DNA from: Gemmatimonadota bacterium
Lineage (GTDB): Bacteria > Gemmatimonadota > Gemmatimonadetes > Longimicrobiales > Gaopeijiaceae
NCBI GenBank assembly: GCA_009841165.1
Contig: VXMI01000066.1
Location: forward strand, 3,388 to 67,387
Direction of reading: 5' to 3'
DNA: 64,000 nt
Below are positions 47,546-56,930 of the stretch, piece after piece (the first letter of the stretch is position 1; each line of letters opens with the position of its first letter). Below the pieces are notes generated by a model. The model did no database searches. It was not told the origin of the DNA and was given only the letters and a program-made list of their open reading frames with translations. The position numbers and the translations under genes were made by a program.

Positions 47546-49048
47546 TTGAACCAGTTCAGACCATGCACCCTGGCCGTACTGGCGGCCGGCGTCACCGCCC
47601 TCGCCGTCGCCACCCCCGCCACCGCGCAGGACCGCTACGACATCGTGCTCGCAGGCGGGCGAGTGATGGACCCCGAAACGGGCCTGGACGCCGTACGAAG
47701 CGTGGGCATAAACGGCTCGGTGATCGTCGCCGTCTCGGAGGAACCGCTCGACGGCGATGTGGTCGTCGACGCCTCCGGGCTCGTGGTCGCGCCGGGCTTC
47801 ATCGACCTGCACGCACACGGCCAGACCAACCGCGCGAACGAGTTCCAGGCACGCGACGGGGTGACCACCGCGCTGGAGATGGAGAGCGGCGTCGGGGATC
47901 TCACGGCCTACCTGACCGAGCGCGGCACAGGCGCGATCCTGAACTACGGCGCCACCGTGTCGCACATGATAAACCGGGCATGGGCGATGTTCGACCGGGG
48001 CGACCTCCTGCGGCGCGCCGAATCCATGCTTGACAGCGACCCCGAGGCCGGTCTACGCGAGCTGGACCGCATCGCCGGCGGCGCGCGCTACGAGCCGGTT
48101 CACGCGGACGAATTCGGAGCCCTGTGGGCGGCACTCGCCCAGGGGCTCTCGGAGGGAGCGCTCGGGATCGGGATGGCACACCAGTATTACCCGGGCGCGT
48201 CGCTCGAGGAGATCCTCGACGTGTTCAGGTTCGCGGCCTACGAGAACACCACCATCTACACGCACGTGCGCGACATGAAGATCAGTGCCATGCAGGAAGT
48301 GATCGCCAACGCGGTCGCAACCGGCGCGTCACTCCACATCGTGCATGCGAACAGCTCCAGCCTGTGGAACATCGAGCCGATCCTGGAACTGATCGGCGGT
48401 GCCCAGAGCCGCGGGTTCGACATTACCACCGAGGTCTATCCCTACACGGGCGCTTCGACCGGGCTGCAGTCGGCGATTTTCGATCCCGGCTGGCAGGAGA
48501 CGCTACAAATCAGCTACGGCGACCTGCAGTGGCAGGACACCGGGGAGCGGTTGACGGAAGAGACGTTCAACAGCTACCGGGCCACCGGCGGCACCGTAAT
48601 CATCCACATGATGCGGGAGGAGTGGATCCGGCACGCGCTCGCCACGGACTTCGTGATGGTCGCTTCGGACGGCATGCCATACGCGCCGGGGGCCCACCCC
48701 CGCAGCGCCGGCACCTTTTCGCGCTTCCTGGGCCGCTACGTCCGTGACGAGGGGCTGATGCCGCTCATGGAGGGCCTCGCCAGGATCACGATCATGCCGG
48801 CGAAGCGGCTGGAAGGCATGACCGACCAGGCCAGGCGCAAGGGGCGGATCCAGGCCGGCGCAGACGCCGACATCACCGTTTTCGACGCCGACCGGATCAT
48901 CGACACCGCGACCTTCGAGGACGACCTGTCCTACTCCGAGGGTGTGGTCCACGTCCTGGTCAACGGCGAGTTCGTGGTCCGGGACGAGGAGAACGTCGCC
49001 GGCGCCATGCCCGGACGGGCAATCATAGGAAGGTTGAGCGCAAAATGA
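47546..49048 (+). CDS. Amidohydrolase, D-aminoacylase / N-acyl-D-Glu deacylase-like, Sec-exported
   Basis: The signal is (TTG)NQFRPCTLAVLAAGVTALAVATPATAQ. IVLAGGRVMDPETG...APGFIDLHAHGQ follows. GGAGGGA lies upstream of the TTG at 47546. The longest ORF begins at 47486. Confidence 0.8.
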   Translation: MNQFRPCTLAVLAAGVTALAVATPATAQDRYDIVLAGGRVMDPETGLDAVRSVGINGSVIVAVSEEPLDGDVVVDASGLVVAPGFIDLHAHGQTNRANEFQARDGVTTALEMESGVGDLTAYLTERGTGAILNYGATVSHMINRAWAMFDRGDLLRRAESMLDSDPEAGLRELDRIAGGARYEPVHADEFGALWAALAQGLSEGALGIGMAHQYYPGASLEEILDVFRFAAYENTTIYTHVRDMKISAMQEVIANAVATGASLHIVHANSSSLWNIEPILELIGGAQSRGFDITTEVYPYTGASTGLQSAIFDPGWQETLQISYGDLQWQDTGERLTEETFNSYRATGGTVIIHMMREEWIRHALATDFVMVASDGMPYAPGAHPRSAGTFSRFLGRYVRDEGLMPLMEGLARITIMPAKRLEGMTDQARRKGRIQAGADADITVFDADRIIDTATFEDDLSYSEGVVHVLVNGEFVVRDEENVAGAMPGRAIIGRLSAK

Positions 49049-50778
49049 CTACTGCAAGGATTCTGCTCACCGGCTTCGCGCTGGCCCTCGCCGCGCAGAC
49101 CGCCGTCGCTCAGGACTACGACATCATCATCCGCAACGGGCGCGTGCTCGATGGCACCGGCAACGACTGGTTCAACGCCGACATCGCGATCAACGGCGAC
49201 GAGATCGTGCGTATCGGACGCATGCCGGACGCCACAGCCCGCCGCGTGATCGACGCCACCGGCCTGTACGTCTCGCCCGGGTTCATCGACCTGCATTCGC
49301 ACTCCGACGGCGCGATGACCTCGGAGCATCTTGAGGCGCGCCGGGCCAAGAGCCTCAACAGCCAGGGGCTCACGACGGTGATTGGCGGGGCGGACGGACG
49401 CAACGCCAGGTGGCCGATCAGTTCCGAGATCGCGGCGCTGCAGTCTCAGGGCCACGCCATGAATTTCGTGCCGATGGTGGGTCACAGTACCGTTCGCAGC
49501 GCGGTGATGGGGGATGATTACGAACGCCCCGCCACGGCCGGTGAGGTCGCGCGCATGCGGCAAATGGTGCGGCAGGGGATGGAGGCCGGCGCCTGGGGGC
49601 TCGGTGCGGGGATCGAGTACAGGCCTGCCCGCTTCAGTGACCCCGAAGAGGTGATCGCGCTGGCCTCCGAGGTGGCGCCCTACGACGGATTCTACGTCGC
49701 GCACCAGCGCAGCGAGGCCACCATGCCGCTCTGGCAGCTGCCCAGCAACGTGGACGACTGGCCGGTCGACGGGCTGCAGGGGCTCCAGGAGACGATCAAC
49801 ATCGCGCGGGAGACGGGGATTCGAGTCGTGGCGAGCCATCACAAGTCGCGCGGGCGCTCCAGCTTCGGCCGCTCGGGCCACGACACGCTGGTGGTGAACG
49901 CGGCCCGGGCCGAAGGGCTGGAGGTCTACCTCGACGTCTACCCGTACGAGACCTTCGGCGGCGGCGCCCGCCCGATGATCCCTCGCTGGAGCCTCGTGGC
50001 CGACGGCGTGGACGTCAGTGGCGGCCGCGACAGCCCCTCCTACTACGCGGCGGGGATCTTCAGCGACGCGCAGGCCCATCTTGCGCGGCGGTGGAGCGAC
50101 CCCGTGACCCGGGAGCGGATCGCGCGGGACATCGCCTGGATCGTCGATCACAACGGCGGCGAGGACAGGGTGGTGGTTGTGGACTATCCCGATCCCGGGT
50201 TCGTCGGGAAGACGCTCACCGAGCTGGCCGGGGAAATGGGCGTGACCTTCCAGGAGGTCGTGGTCCACATGGCTCTCAACGGGTACCCGGATGTGATCGG
50301 CGGGGCCTGGACCCGGGGCTACGGCATTCACGATGTCGACGTCATCAACTACTACAAGCAGGAATACACGGCCACGGCCTCGGACGCCGGGGTCAGCGGA
50401 GTCGAGGGCGTGCCGCAGTTCGCGTCGCGGCCCGGCGCGCATCCGCGGCATTTCGGGGCGTTCACGCGCAAGATTGCGCACTACGTGAAGGACCTGCAGG
50501 CGATTTCGCTGCCCTTTGCCGTTCGCTCGATGACCGGCTTGCCGGCGCGAATCATCGGGCTGCCCGACCGTGGGCTGCTGCGCGAGGGATATAGAGCGGA
50601 CGTCGTGATCTTCGACTACGAGCGGCTGCGGGACCGCGCGACCGTGCTGGAACCCGACCTGTACAGCGAGGGCGTGGACTACGTGATGGTCAACGGCGTG
50701 CTGACGATCGACAACGGCGAGTTCACGGACGCGCTGCCGGGGGAGGTGGTGCTCCGGGGCGGTCGGCCAGTCAGCTGA
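49045..50778 (+). CDS. N-acyl-D-amino-acid deacylase family amidohydrolase, Sec-exported
   Basis: The signal is MTTARILLTGFALALAAQTAVAQ. IIIRNGRVLDGTGNDWFNADIAINGDEIVRIG...SPGFIDLHSHSD follows. ATGA overlap with the preceding paralog. Confidence 0.85.
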   Translation: MTTARILLTGFALALAAQTAVAQDYDIIIRNGRVLDGTGNDWFNADIAINGDEIVRIGRMPDATARRVIDATGLYVSPGFIDLHSHSDGAMTSEHLEARRAKSLNSQGLTTVIGGADGRNARWPISSEIAALQSQGHAMNFVPMVGHSTVRSAVMGDDYERPATAGEVARMRQMVRQGMEAGAWGLGAGIEYRPARFSDPEEVIALASEVAPYDGFYVAHQRSEATMPLWQLPSNVDDWPVDGLQGLQETINIARETGIRVVASHHKSRGRSSFGRSGHDTLVVNAARAEGLEVYLDVYPYETFGGGARPMIPRWSLVADGVDVSGGRDSPSYYAAGIFSDAQAHLARRWSDPVTRERIARDIAWIVDHNGGEDRVVVVDYPDPGFVGKTLTELAGEMGVTFQEVVVHMALNGYPDVIGGAWTRGYGIHDVDVINYYKQEYTATASDAGVSGVEGVPQFASRPGAHPRHFGAFTRKIAHYVKDLQAISLPFAVRSMTGLPARIIGLPDRGLLREGYRADVVIFDYERLRDRATVLEPDLYSEGVDYVMVNGVLTIDNGEFTDALPGEVVLRGGRPVS

Positions 50779-50779
50779 A

Positions 50780-51826
50780 GTGACCGCGGAGGCCGATCCG
50801 CTGGACCTTGTGATCGTCGGGGCCGGGCCTTGCGGCCTGGCCGCGGCGGTGGCCGCGAAGGAGAGCGGGCTGAGCCACGTTGTCATCGACCGTGGGTGCA
50901 TTACCGAGTCGCTGACGCACTACCCCTACTACATGACGTTCTTCTCCACGGCCGAGCGGCTGGAGATCGGCGATGTGCCCTTCACGATCCCGGAGCCCAA
51001 ACCGACGCGGCGCCAGGCGCTGGCGTACTACCGGCATGTGGTAGCGCATCATGGGCTGAGGGTGCGCCAGTATGAGGAGGTGATGGGGATCGTCCGCCGG
51101 AAAGGGGGCGAATCGGCGGACGGGTGCGGCTTCGTCGTGCATACCTGCACACGGGAGGGGCGCGAGCGCCGGATCCGTGCGCGCGCCGTGGTCATCGCCA
51201 CCGGCGGCTTCGGCGAGCCCAATCGGCTGGAGTTGGAGGGCGGCGATCCGGAAGGGCGGGTCATCCACTACTACAAGGATCCCTACCCCTTCTTCGACCA
51301 GGACGTGATGGTGGTCGGGGGAGGCAATTCCGCGGCGGAAGTCGCACTGGAGCTGTACCGCAACGGGGTCCGGGTGCGGATGGTGCACTTCCTGGACGTG
51401 TTCGACCGTGGCGTGAAGCCGTGGGTGCGGCCCGATATCGACAACCGGATCGCGAGCGGCGAGATCCCGATGCACTGGGGATCTCGTGTGGCGCGGCTGG
51501 GCCCCGGCACCGCCACGATCGTGCACGAAGAGATCGGTGAGGCCACCGAGGTCACGAACGACTGGATCCTGGCCATGACCGGATGGCGTCCCGATCGAAA
51601 GCTGCTGCACGGTCTGGGTGTGGAGACCGATCCCGAGACGGGGATACCCGCGCACGACCAGGCAACCATGGAAACGAACGTCGCGGGCGTGTACATCGCG
51701 GGCGTGATCGCGGCCGGCTACAACGCCAACAAAATCTTTATCGAGAACGGGCGGGAGCACGGAAGGCTGATCGCCAGGCATCTGGCCGCGCGGACGCCGG
51801 ACCGCATGGACGGCTTCGGTCGGTGA
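50780..51826 (+). CDS. ypdA: YpdA-family FAD/NAD(P)H flavoprotein (putative bacillithiol-disulfide reductase type)
   Basis: Collinear with my recollection of B. subtilis YpdA: VIVGAGPCGLAAA, HYPYYMTFFSTAERLEIGDVPF, YYKDPYPFFDQDVMVVGGGNSAAEVALEL, AMTGWRPD, METNVAGVYIAGVIAAGYNANKIFIENGREHG. Confidence 0.85.
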   Translation: MTAEADPLDLVIVGAGPCGLAAAVAAKESGLSHVVIDRGCITESLTHYPYYMTFFSTAERLEIGDVPFTIPEPKPTRRQALAYYRHVVAHHGLRVRQYEEVMGIVRRKGGESADGCGFVVHTCTREGRERRIRARAVVIATGGFGEPNRLELEGGDPEGRVIHYYKDPYPFFDQDVMVVGGGNSAAEVALELYRNGVRVRMVHFLDVFDRGVKPWVRPDIDNRIASGEIPMHWGSRVARLGPGTATIVHEEIGEATEVTNDWILAMTGWRPDRKLLHGLGVETDPETGIPAHDQATMETNVAGVYIAGVIAAGYNANKIFIENGREHGRLIARHLAARTPDRMDGFGR

Positions 51827-52452
51827 CGCGGCGGTGGACTGCCCTGGTCATGGCATGGCTGGTCCTGAGCTGCGCCGATCCTCCGACGGTCCAGCTGCCC
51901 CTGGCCACCCAGTTTCCCGTGGACGATGTGCACCTCGGCATGACCTTCGGTGAACTCCGGCAGCGGCGCCCCGATGTGATGCTCATTCCCGACACCGCTA
52001 CGGTCGTGGAGGAACTTGGCGACGGACGCTTCCACTACGCCTTCACGTCGCTCGAGCGGAACCAGGCGCCCGGCCGCCGTTCCAAACTGGTGTACATCGA
52101 CCGGGCGGACGATGAGGTTCGCGGCGACTACGCGCGACGACGGTGGGATTCGCTCGTGGTCGCGCTCGCCGGCGAGTGGGAGGCGGAGCCGACCTGTTCG
52201 TCGATCGAGTACGGCCGGCTGAGGTGGCGGCGGGCGACGTTCCTGGAAGATGGACAGCTAGTGGCAGCAACGGTCGATGTCGTCGGCATCACGATCGGCG
52301 ACGCCGGACCGGGCGAGGGACAAGTCGTCACGCGGGTGTGGCTGACGGACCACATCTCACCGGTTTCGTCACTGCTGGCTGCACCGGACGCGATCCGAAG
52401 CCGGTTTCCGGCCGGCTCCTCCGGCGCCGAGACAGGCTGTCCCGACCGGTAG
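51823..52452 (+). CDS. Hypothetical lipoprotein
   Basis: The GTG overlaps the ypdA stop (GTGA). (M)TRRWTALVMAWLVLSCADPP is a lipobox-type signal. The rest of the track ORF upstream (from 51583) overlaps ypdA and is discarded. Confidence 0.55.
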   Translation: MTRRWTALVMAWLVLSCADPPTVQLPLATQFPVDDVHLGMTFGELRQRRPDVMLIPDTATVVEELGDGRFHYAFTSLERNQAPGRRSKLVYIDRADDEVRGDYARRRWDSLVVALAGEWEAEPTCSSIEYGRLRWRRATFLEDGQLVAATVDVVGITIGDAGPGEGQVVTRVWLTDHISPVSSLLAAPDAIRSRFPAGSSGAETGCPDR

Positions 52453-52514
52453 CCATTCGGGCCGGGCGTCTTTTCAGCTATCTTACGCGCCTTTACTCGA
52501 TGGGTGGAGTCGGT

Positions 52515-54512
52515 ATGCCGCAGGTTCGTTCCGAAGCCAGTGAAGTCACGCTGACGCTCCCCGACGGCGCCGGGCTTGTGATCGAGGCCGGTACGCTCGC
52601 CGGAGTCGTTGTGCGTTCGATCAGCGAGAGGCTGCTGCGCAGGGCAGTCGCGGTCGAGTTGGATGGAGAGGTCCTGGATCTCGTCACGCCCTTGCGGCGC
52701 GGGGGTTCGTTTCGAGTGCTGACCCCAACGGACGAGCAGGCGCTGGCGGTGCTCCGGCATTCCGCGGCTCACGTCCTGGCGAGCGCGGTTCGGCGGCTGC
52801 GGCCCGACGCCGCGATCGGATTCGGTCCGGCCATCGACGACGGGTTCTTCTACGACTTCGAGGTCGAGGAGCCCTTCACGCCGGCCGACCTGGAGGCATT
52901 CGAGGAGGAGATGCGACGTGTTTGCGAGGAAGCGAGCGCGTTCGTGCGTGAGGAGGTCAGCCTGCCGGAGGCCCGCAGCCGGATGGCCGACGACCCACTC
53001 AAGCTCGAGAGGATGGCCGACTTCGACGCGGACGACGTCATCTCCACCTACACAAACGGGGAGTTCACCGACCTCTGCCGCGGCCCGCATGTGCCCGATA
53101 CCAAGCATGTGCGGCACTTCCGGCTCTTGAGCACGGCCGGTGCGTACTGGAGGGGCGACAGCAGCCGGCAGATGCTGCAGCGGATCTACGGAACGGCCTG
53201 GTTTCGCGAGAAGGACCTCAAGGCGCATCTGAATCGGCTGGAAGAGGCGAAGCGGCGCGATCACCGGGTCCTCGGCAAGCGCCTCGATCTGTTCGAGTTT
53301 CATCCGTCCGCGCCCGGTGCCGCCTTCTGGACGCCCCGCGGCACGGTGCTCTACAACGCCCTGCTCAGGTTCGAGCGCGAGCTGCAGGAGCGGGACTTTC
53401 TCGAGGTCAAGACGCCCCTCATGTACGACAAGTCGCTCTGGGAGACCTCGGGACACTGGGGGAAGTACCGCGACGACATGTTCATGATCCTGAACAGCGG
53501 CTCGGGGGAGCACGATGCATCGCTGAAGCCGATGAACTGTCCGTCACACTATCTCCTCTACCGGACAAGGCTGCGCTCCTACCGTGATCTGCCGCTCCGG
53601 TACGTGACATTCGACGTGCTCCACCGCAACGAGGTGACCGGTGCGCTATCCGGGCTGACCCGCGTGCGGCAGTTCCAGCAGGACGATTGCCACTGTTTTG
53701 TCAGGGAGGAGCAGATCCCGTCCGAAGTGGCGTTTCTTGTCGACTTCATCGTGAGCTTCTACGGCGCGTTCGGGCTTGGGGCGCGCATCCGGTTCGCGAC
53801 GCGGCCCGAGGTGAGGATCGGGACGGACGAGCTGTGGGATCGCGCCGAAGGGGGACTTCGCGCCGCGCTGGAGAAGACCGGGCTTCCGTATGAGGTCGAG
53901 GAGGGCGACGGTGCCTTCTACGGGCCGAAGATCGACTTTGCGATCACGGACGCAATCGGCCGTGAGTGGCAGTGCGGCACGATTCAGCTGGACTACGTCG
54001 CGCCGGAGCGGTTCGAGCTGGAGTATGCGGGGGCGGACAACCGGATGCACCGGCCCGTGGTGATTCATCGCGCGGTGGCGGGGTCGCTGGAACGCTTCAT
54101 CGCGATCCTTATCGAGCATTTTGCGGGGGACTTGCCGCTCTGGCTGGCGCCCGAGCAGGTGCGGGTGATCCTGATCGGGGCGGATGCGGGTGAAGCCGCG
54201 AGCACGGTCGCGGCGCGGATGACCGAGGCAGGGCTGCGGGTGGGGCTGCATCCCCGCGCCGCAGAGGTCGACTTCCGCGAGGAGATCAAGGACGCGTCAC
54301 ACCTCAAGGTGCCGTACATGGCGATCGTGGGCCGGCGTGAAGCGAGAGATGGTACGGTGTCGCTGCGTGCGCGCGGCGCGAAGAAGAGACAGGTGACGCT
54401 GCCGGTCGAGGAAGCGGTGGAGCGTCTGCGGCGGGAATCGGAGGGGCGGCTGCCGTGGGGGACTGCGGATACGATGGCGGCGGCGGGAACACCGGGGGGT
54501 GATCGCGGGTAA
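52515..54512 (+). CDS. thrS: Threonine--tRNA ligase
   Basis: TGS domain: MPQVRSEASEVTLTLPDG. Editing domain: LRHSAAHVLASAV. Class-II core: ...GPHVPDTKHV..YWRGD...MNCPSHYLLY...FDVLHRNE..GALSGLTRVRQFQQDDCH...GAFYGPKID. Then the anticodon-binding domain. GGAG lies 5 nt before the ATG at 52515. Confidence 0.95.
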   Translation: MPQVRSEASEVTLTLPDGAGLVIEAGTLAGVVVRSISERLLRRAVAVELDGEVLDLVTPLRRGGSFRVLTPTDEQALAVLRHSAAHVLASAVRRLRPDAAIGFGPAIDDGFFYDFEVEEPFTPADLEAFEEEMRRVCEEASAFVREEVSLPEARSRMADDPLKLERMADFDADDVISTYTNGEFTDLCRGPHVPDTKHVRHFRLLSTAGAYWRGDSSRQMLQRIYGTAWFREKDLKAHLNRLEEAKRRDHRVLGKRLDLFEFHPSAPGAAFWTPRGTVLYNALLRFERELQERDFLEVKTPLMYDKSLWETSGHWGKYRDDMFMILNSGSGEHDASLKPMNCPSHYLLYRTRLRSYRDLPLRYVTFDVLHRNEVTGALSGLTRVRQFQQDDCHCFVREEQIPSEVAFLVDFIVSFYGAFGLGARIRFATRPEVRIGTDELWDRAEGGLRAALEKTGLPYEVEEGDGAFYGPKIDFAITDAIGREWQCGTIQLDYVAPERFELEYAGADNRMHRPVVIHRAVAGSLERFIAILIEHFAGDLPLWLAPEQVRVILIGADAGEAASTVAARMTEAGLRVGLHPRAAEVDFREEIKDASHLKVPYMAIVGRREARDGTVSLRARGAKKRQVTLPVEEAVERLRRESEGRLPWGTADTMAAAGTPGGDRG

Positions 54513-54521
54513 TCAGTTGCC

Positions 54522-55748
54522 ATGGTGAGAATCCCGCGCGTCGCCACGGCCTTGTGCGTTTCTGCAATCCTTCCGGCGTGTGAAGGCGCACCGGTTGGCA
54601 ACGTGGCCGGCGACCCGATCGAGTTGAGCGAATCGGCTATCGAGATACTCGGGGGCTCTGACTCGCTGGTGGTGGCCCGCGACCTGGAAATCACAGCAGA
54701 CGGATCCGTCTGGATCTTGAACTCGGCCGAGCCCCTTTTCGTGGGATTCGGCCCGGATGGCGAGGCGCTCGGCTCTCACGGACAGTCAGGCAGAGGACCC
54801 CGCGACTTCCCCATGCCCGCGGGATTCATTGCGGGAGGATGGCAGGGTGACGTCTGGGCCCTGGACCTCGTGCGCCACGCGATGATCCGGATCTCGCAGC
54901 CGGACGCGGACTGGGAAGAGATCTCGCTGCGGTCGGCTTCCCTCCTCCCTGGCACGGTGCGGGGCGGCAGGAGCATGCTGGGCGGCTCGGTACGAACCGC
55001 GAGACTTGGGCGGGAGTTCATCGTGCCCCGTACGAGCGCGACGCTGGAGGGCGGGGTCCTGGACTACCGGTTCGCTGTCATGCGGCCCGACTTCGTCGCC
55101 TTTGATCCGGAAACCCGCGAGGCCCGAATCCTCGTGGCACTCGCCGAGGTGTTCGAGGACCCTTCGCGCACCTTCGATCCGATCGAGGGAGGGTTCGGTT
55201 TCCCGCTGTGGTATCGGCTGTGGGCTTCCTGTGGTGAGAACGTCATCCGGATCTACGATCGGGTGACGAATCAGCTCCGGGGCTTCGACGGGTCGGGTGC
55301 CGAGTTGCCGCCCATCATCCTGCCCCCGGCGCCCTTCACGGAGGCCACGGCTCGGCAGTTTGCGGGCGCGGTGTTCGCGATCAGGCAAGCCGAACTGACG
55401 GGAGACGTCTGGAGCCGACTCAGCCCTGCGGACAGCGTCCGGGTGATGAACCAGATGGTCCGGTCGGTCAGCGGCAGGCCGAGTGAGCTCGCCAGCTACC
55501 TGCCGCGCTACGTGGACTTCCGCTGCAGTCCGGACGGGACGATGTGGCTGAACCCGGTCGATCTGGACGCCGGCGGCCTCAGGGGCGCTACGCTGTGGCT
55601 ACGAATCGCGCCTGACGGAGTCATTCGCGAGGTGCACCTGCCCGAGCGGTTCGATGCCCTCCGCTTCTCGGATTCGCATATCTGGGGCGTGTACAGGGAC
55701 GAATTGGACGTACCGGCGGTGGCCTCGATCCGGCTTCCCGCTGGTTGA
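54522..55748 (+). CDS. Lipoprotein, probable 6-bladed beta-propeller (NHL/BF3164-like)
   Basis: The signal plus lipobox is MVRIPRVATALCVSAILPAC. Repeated segments resemble propeller blades (SVWILNSAEPLFVGFGPDGEALGSHGQSGRGPRDFPMPAGF...). The family call is tentative. Confidence 0.6.
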   Translation: MVRIPRVATALCVSAILPACEGAPVGNVAGDPIELSESAIEILGGSDSLVVARDLEITADGSVWILNSAEPLFVGFGPDGEALGSHGQSGRGPRDFPMPAGFIAGGWQGDVWALDLVRHAMIRISQPDADWEEISLRSASLLPGTVRGGRSMLGGSVRTARLGREFIVPRTSATLEGGVLDYRFAVMRPDFVAFDPETREARILVALAEVFEDPSRTFDPIEGGFGFPLWYRLWASCGENVIRIYDRVTNQLRGFDGSGAELPPIILPPAPFTEATARQFAGAVFAIRQAELTGDVWSRLSPADSVRVMNQMVRSVSGRPSELASYLPRYVDFRCSPDGTMWLNPVDLDAGGLRGATLWLRIAPDGVIREVHLPERFDALRFSDSHIWGVYRDELDVPAVASIRLPAG

Positions 55749-55765
55749 GAGGGCCCGCCTGGCGG

Positions 55766-56875
55766 TCAGTTGGGCACCAGCCGGTATTTCGCCACCCGCC
55801 ACGGCGGGATGTCGGGGATTAGCAAGACGTAGAGATAGCGGCCACCGCCCACCACCTTGCTCCCTTCCGGCAATGCCACGTCTTCGAAAAGCTTGGCTCC
55901 GGTGTGGCGGTTGTAGGCTTCCACATGCGTGTGGAAGAACCTCAGCCCCGGGGGCAAGCTGGTTTCGTCCGGACGGCCCACCGTAAACACGAGGTAGTCG
56001 TCGGCGAGTACGTCGATTCGTAAAGCCACATCGTAGCTCGCGAGCAGATCCCGCATCCGATTCGGGTCCGGCGTTTCGCCCTCCCGGAACGCAAAGTAGC
56101 CGGCGGGGATTTCCGGGATTCTCCGAAACGAGGACGACGGCTGGCCGATGGTGCCGATCGAGTCGCCCGCTCCGTTCAGAATCGTTGCCGGATACAGCAG
56201 CGAAGCCATGATGAACAGCGAGTCGCCCGCTGCGGCAGTTGCAAGGCTTCCCATGGCACCCCAATAGGGCTTGTCACGAGCCGGCGTCGTCCAGCTGCTC
56301 CACAAGACCTGTCCGTCAGCCAGGCGATGAAAGATGCCTACCTGCTGCCTTGCTACGCCCAACGATTGGAGCTCTGCGGTGTTTTCTGGTGTGTAGCCGG
56401 TGAAGAGGACATCGTCTTGAAAGGCGACGAGGCGACCGAAGACGTGGCCGTCGAGCGTGAACAGGGAATCCTCGGCCAAGTCGGCGTGAAGGTAGGTCAG
56501 CCGTGCATCGCCCGCACTGACCACAACTCCGCCTGCTGGAGTCTCGGCGAGGCCAATGATCCTGCGGAACTCCCAGGGCCCGTCGCCAAACCGGCCGAAC
56601 GCCGCCTGGAGTTCACCGGTCTCGGAGTAAGTCCTGACGCGGGGCCGAAGTCCGTCGCCCATCAGAAAACCGCCGTCGCGCCGTTCCAGAAAGATCCCGA
56701 CGGTCGCGACAGGATCGACCGGATCGTCGCCTAGCTCGATGACTTCTTCCAGCTGGAAGACCTCGTCGAACGGTGGTGACGGGACGACAGGGTCCTCCTC
56801 CTCGCACGAAGCCACGAATCCGGTCGCTGCCAGGCCGAGCACAAGCGGCCACCGACCCTGCAGACTTCGCATCAT
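55766..56875 (-). CDS. Lipoprotein, probable 6-bladed beta-propeller (paralog-like, convergent with the previous gene)
   Basis: The signal plus lipobox is MMRSLQGRWPLVLGLAATGFVASC. RVRTYSETGELQAAFGRFGDGPWEFRRIIGLA follows. The longest ORF begins at 56926. Confidence 0.6.
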   Translation of the reverse strand: MMRSLQGRWPLVLGLAATGFVASCEEEDPVVPSPPFDEVFQLEEVIELGDDPVDPVATVGIFLERRDGGFLMGDGLRPRVRTYSETGELQAAFGRFGDGPWEFRRIIGLAETPAGGVVVSAGDARLTYLHADLAEDSLFTLDGHVFGRLVAFQDDVLFTGYTPENTAELQSLGVARQQVGIFHRLADGQVLWSSWTTPARDKPYWGAMGSLATAAAGDSLFIMASLLYPATILNGAGDSIGTIGQPSSSFRRIPEIPAGYFAFREGETPDPNRMRDLLASYDVALRIDVLADDYLVFTVGRPDETSLPPGLRFFHTHVEAYNRHTGAKLFEDVALPEGSKVVGGGRYLYVLLIPDIPPWRVAKYRLVPN

Positions 56876-56930
56876 GGAGGCGCAAGCTGCCCGCTGGAGC
56901 GGATGACCCGACCCTCGGCCACGCACCCCG

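Noticed and set aside
52453-52514. T-box or other leader upstream of thrS.
   Set aside because: Only 62 nt separate the upstream stop from the thrS ATG. That is far too short for a T-box, and I saw no specifier or T-box sequence.
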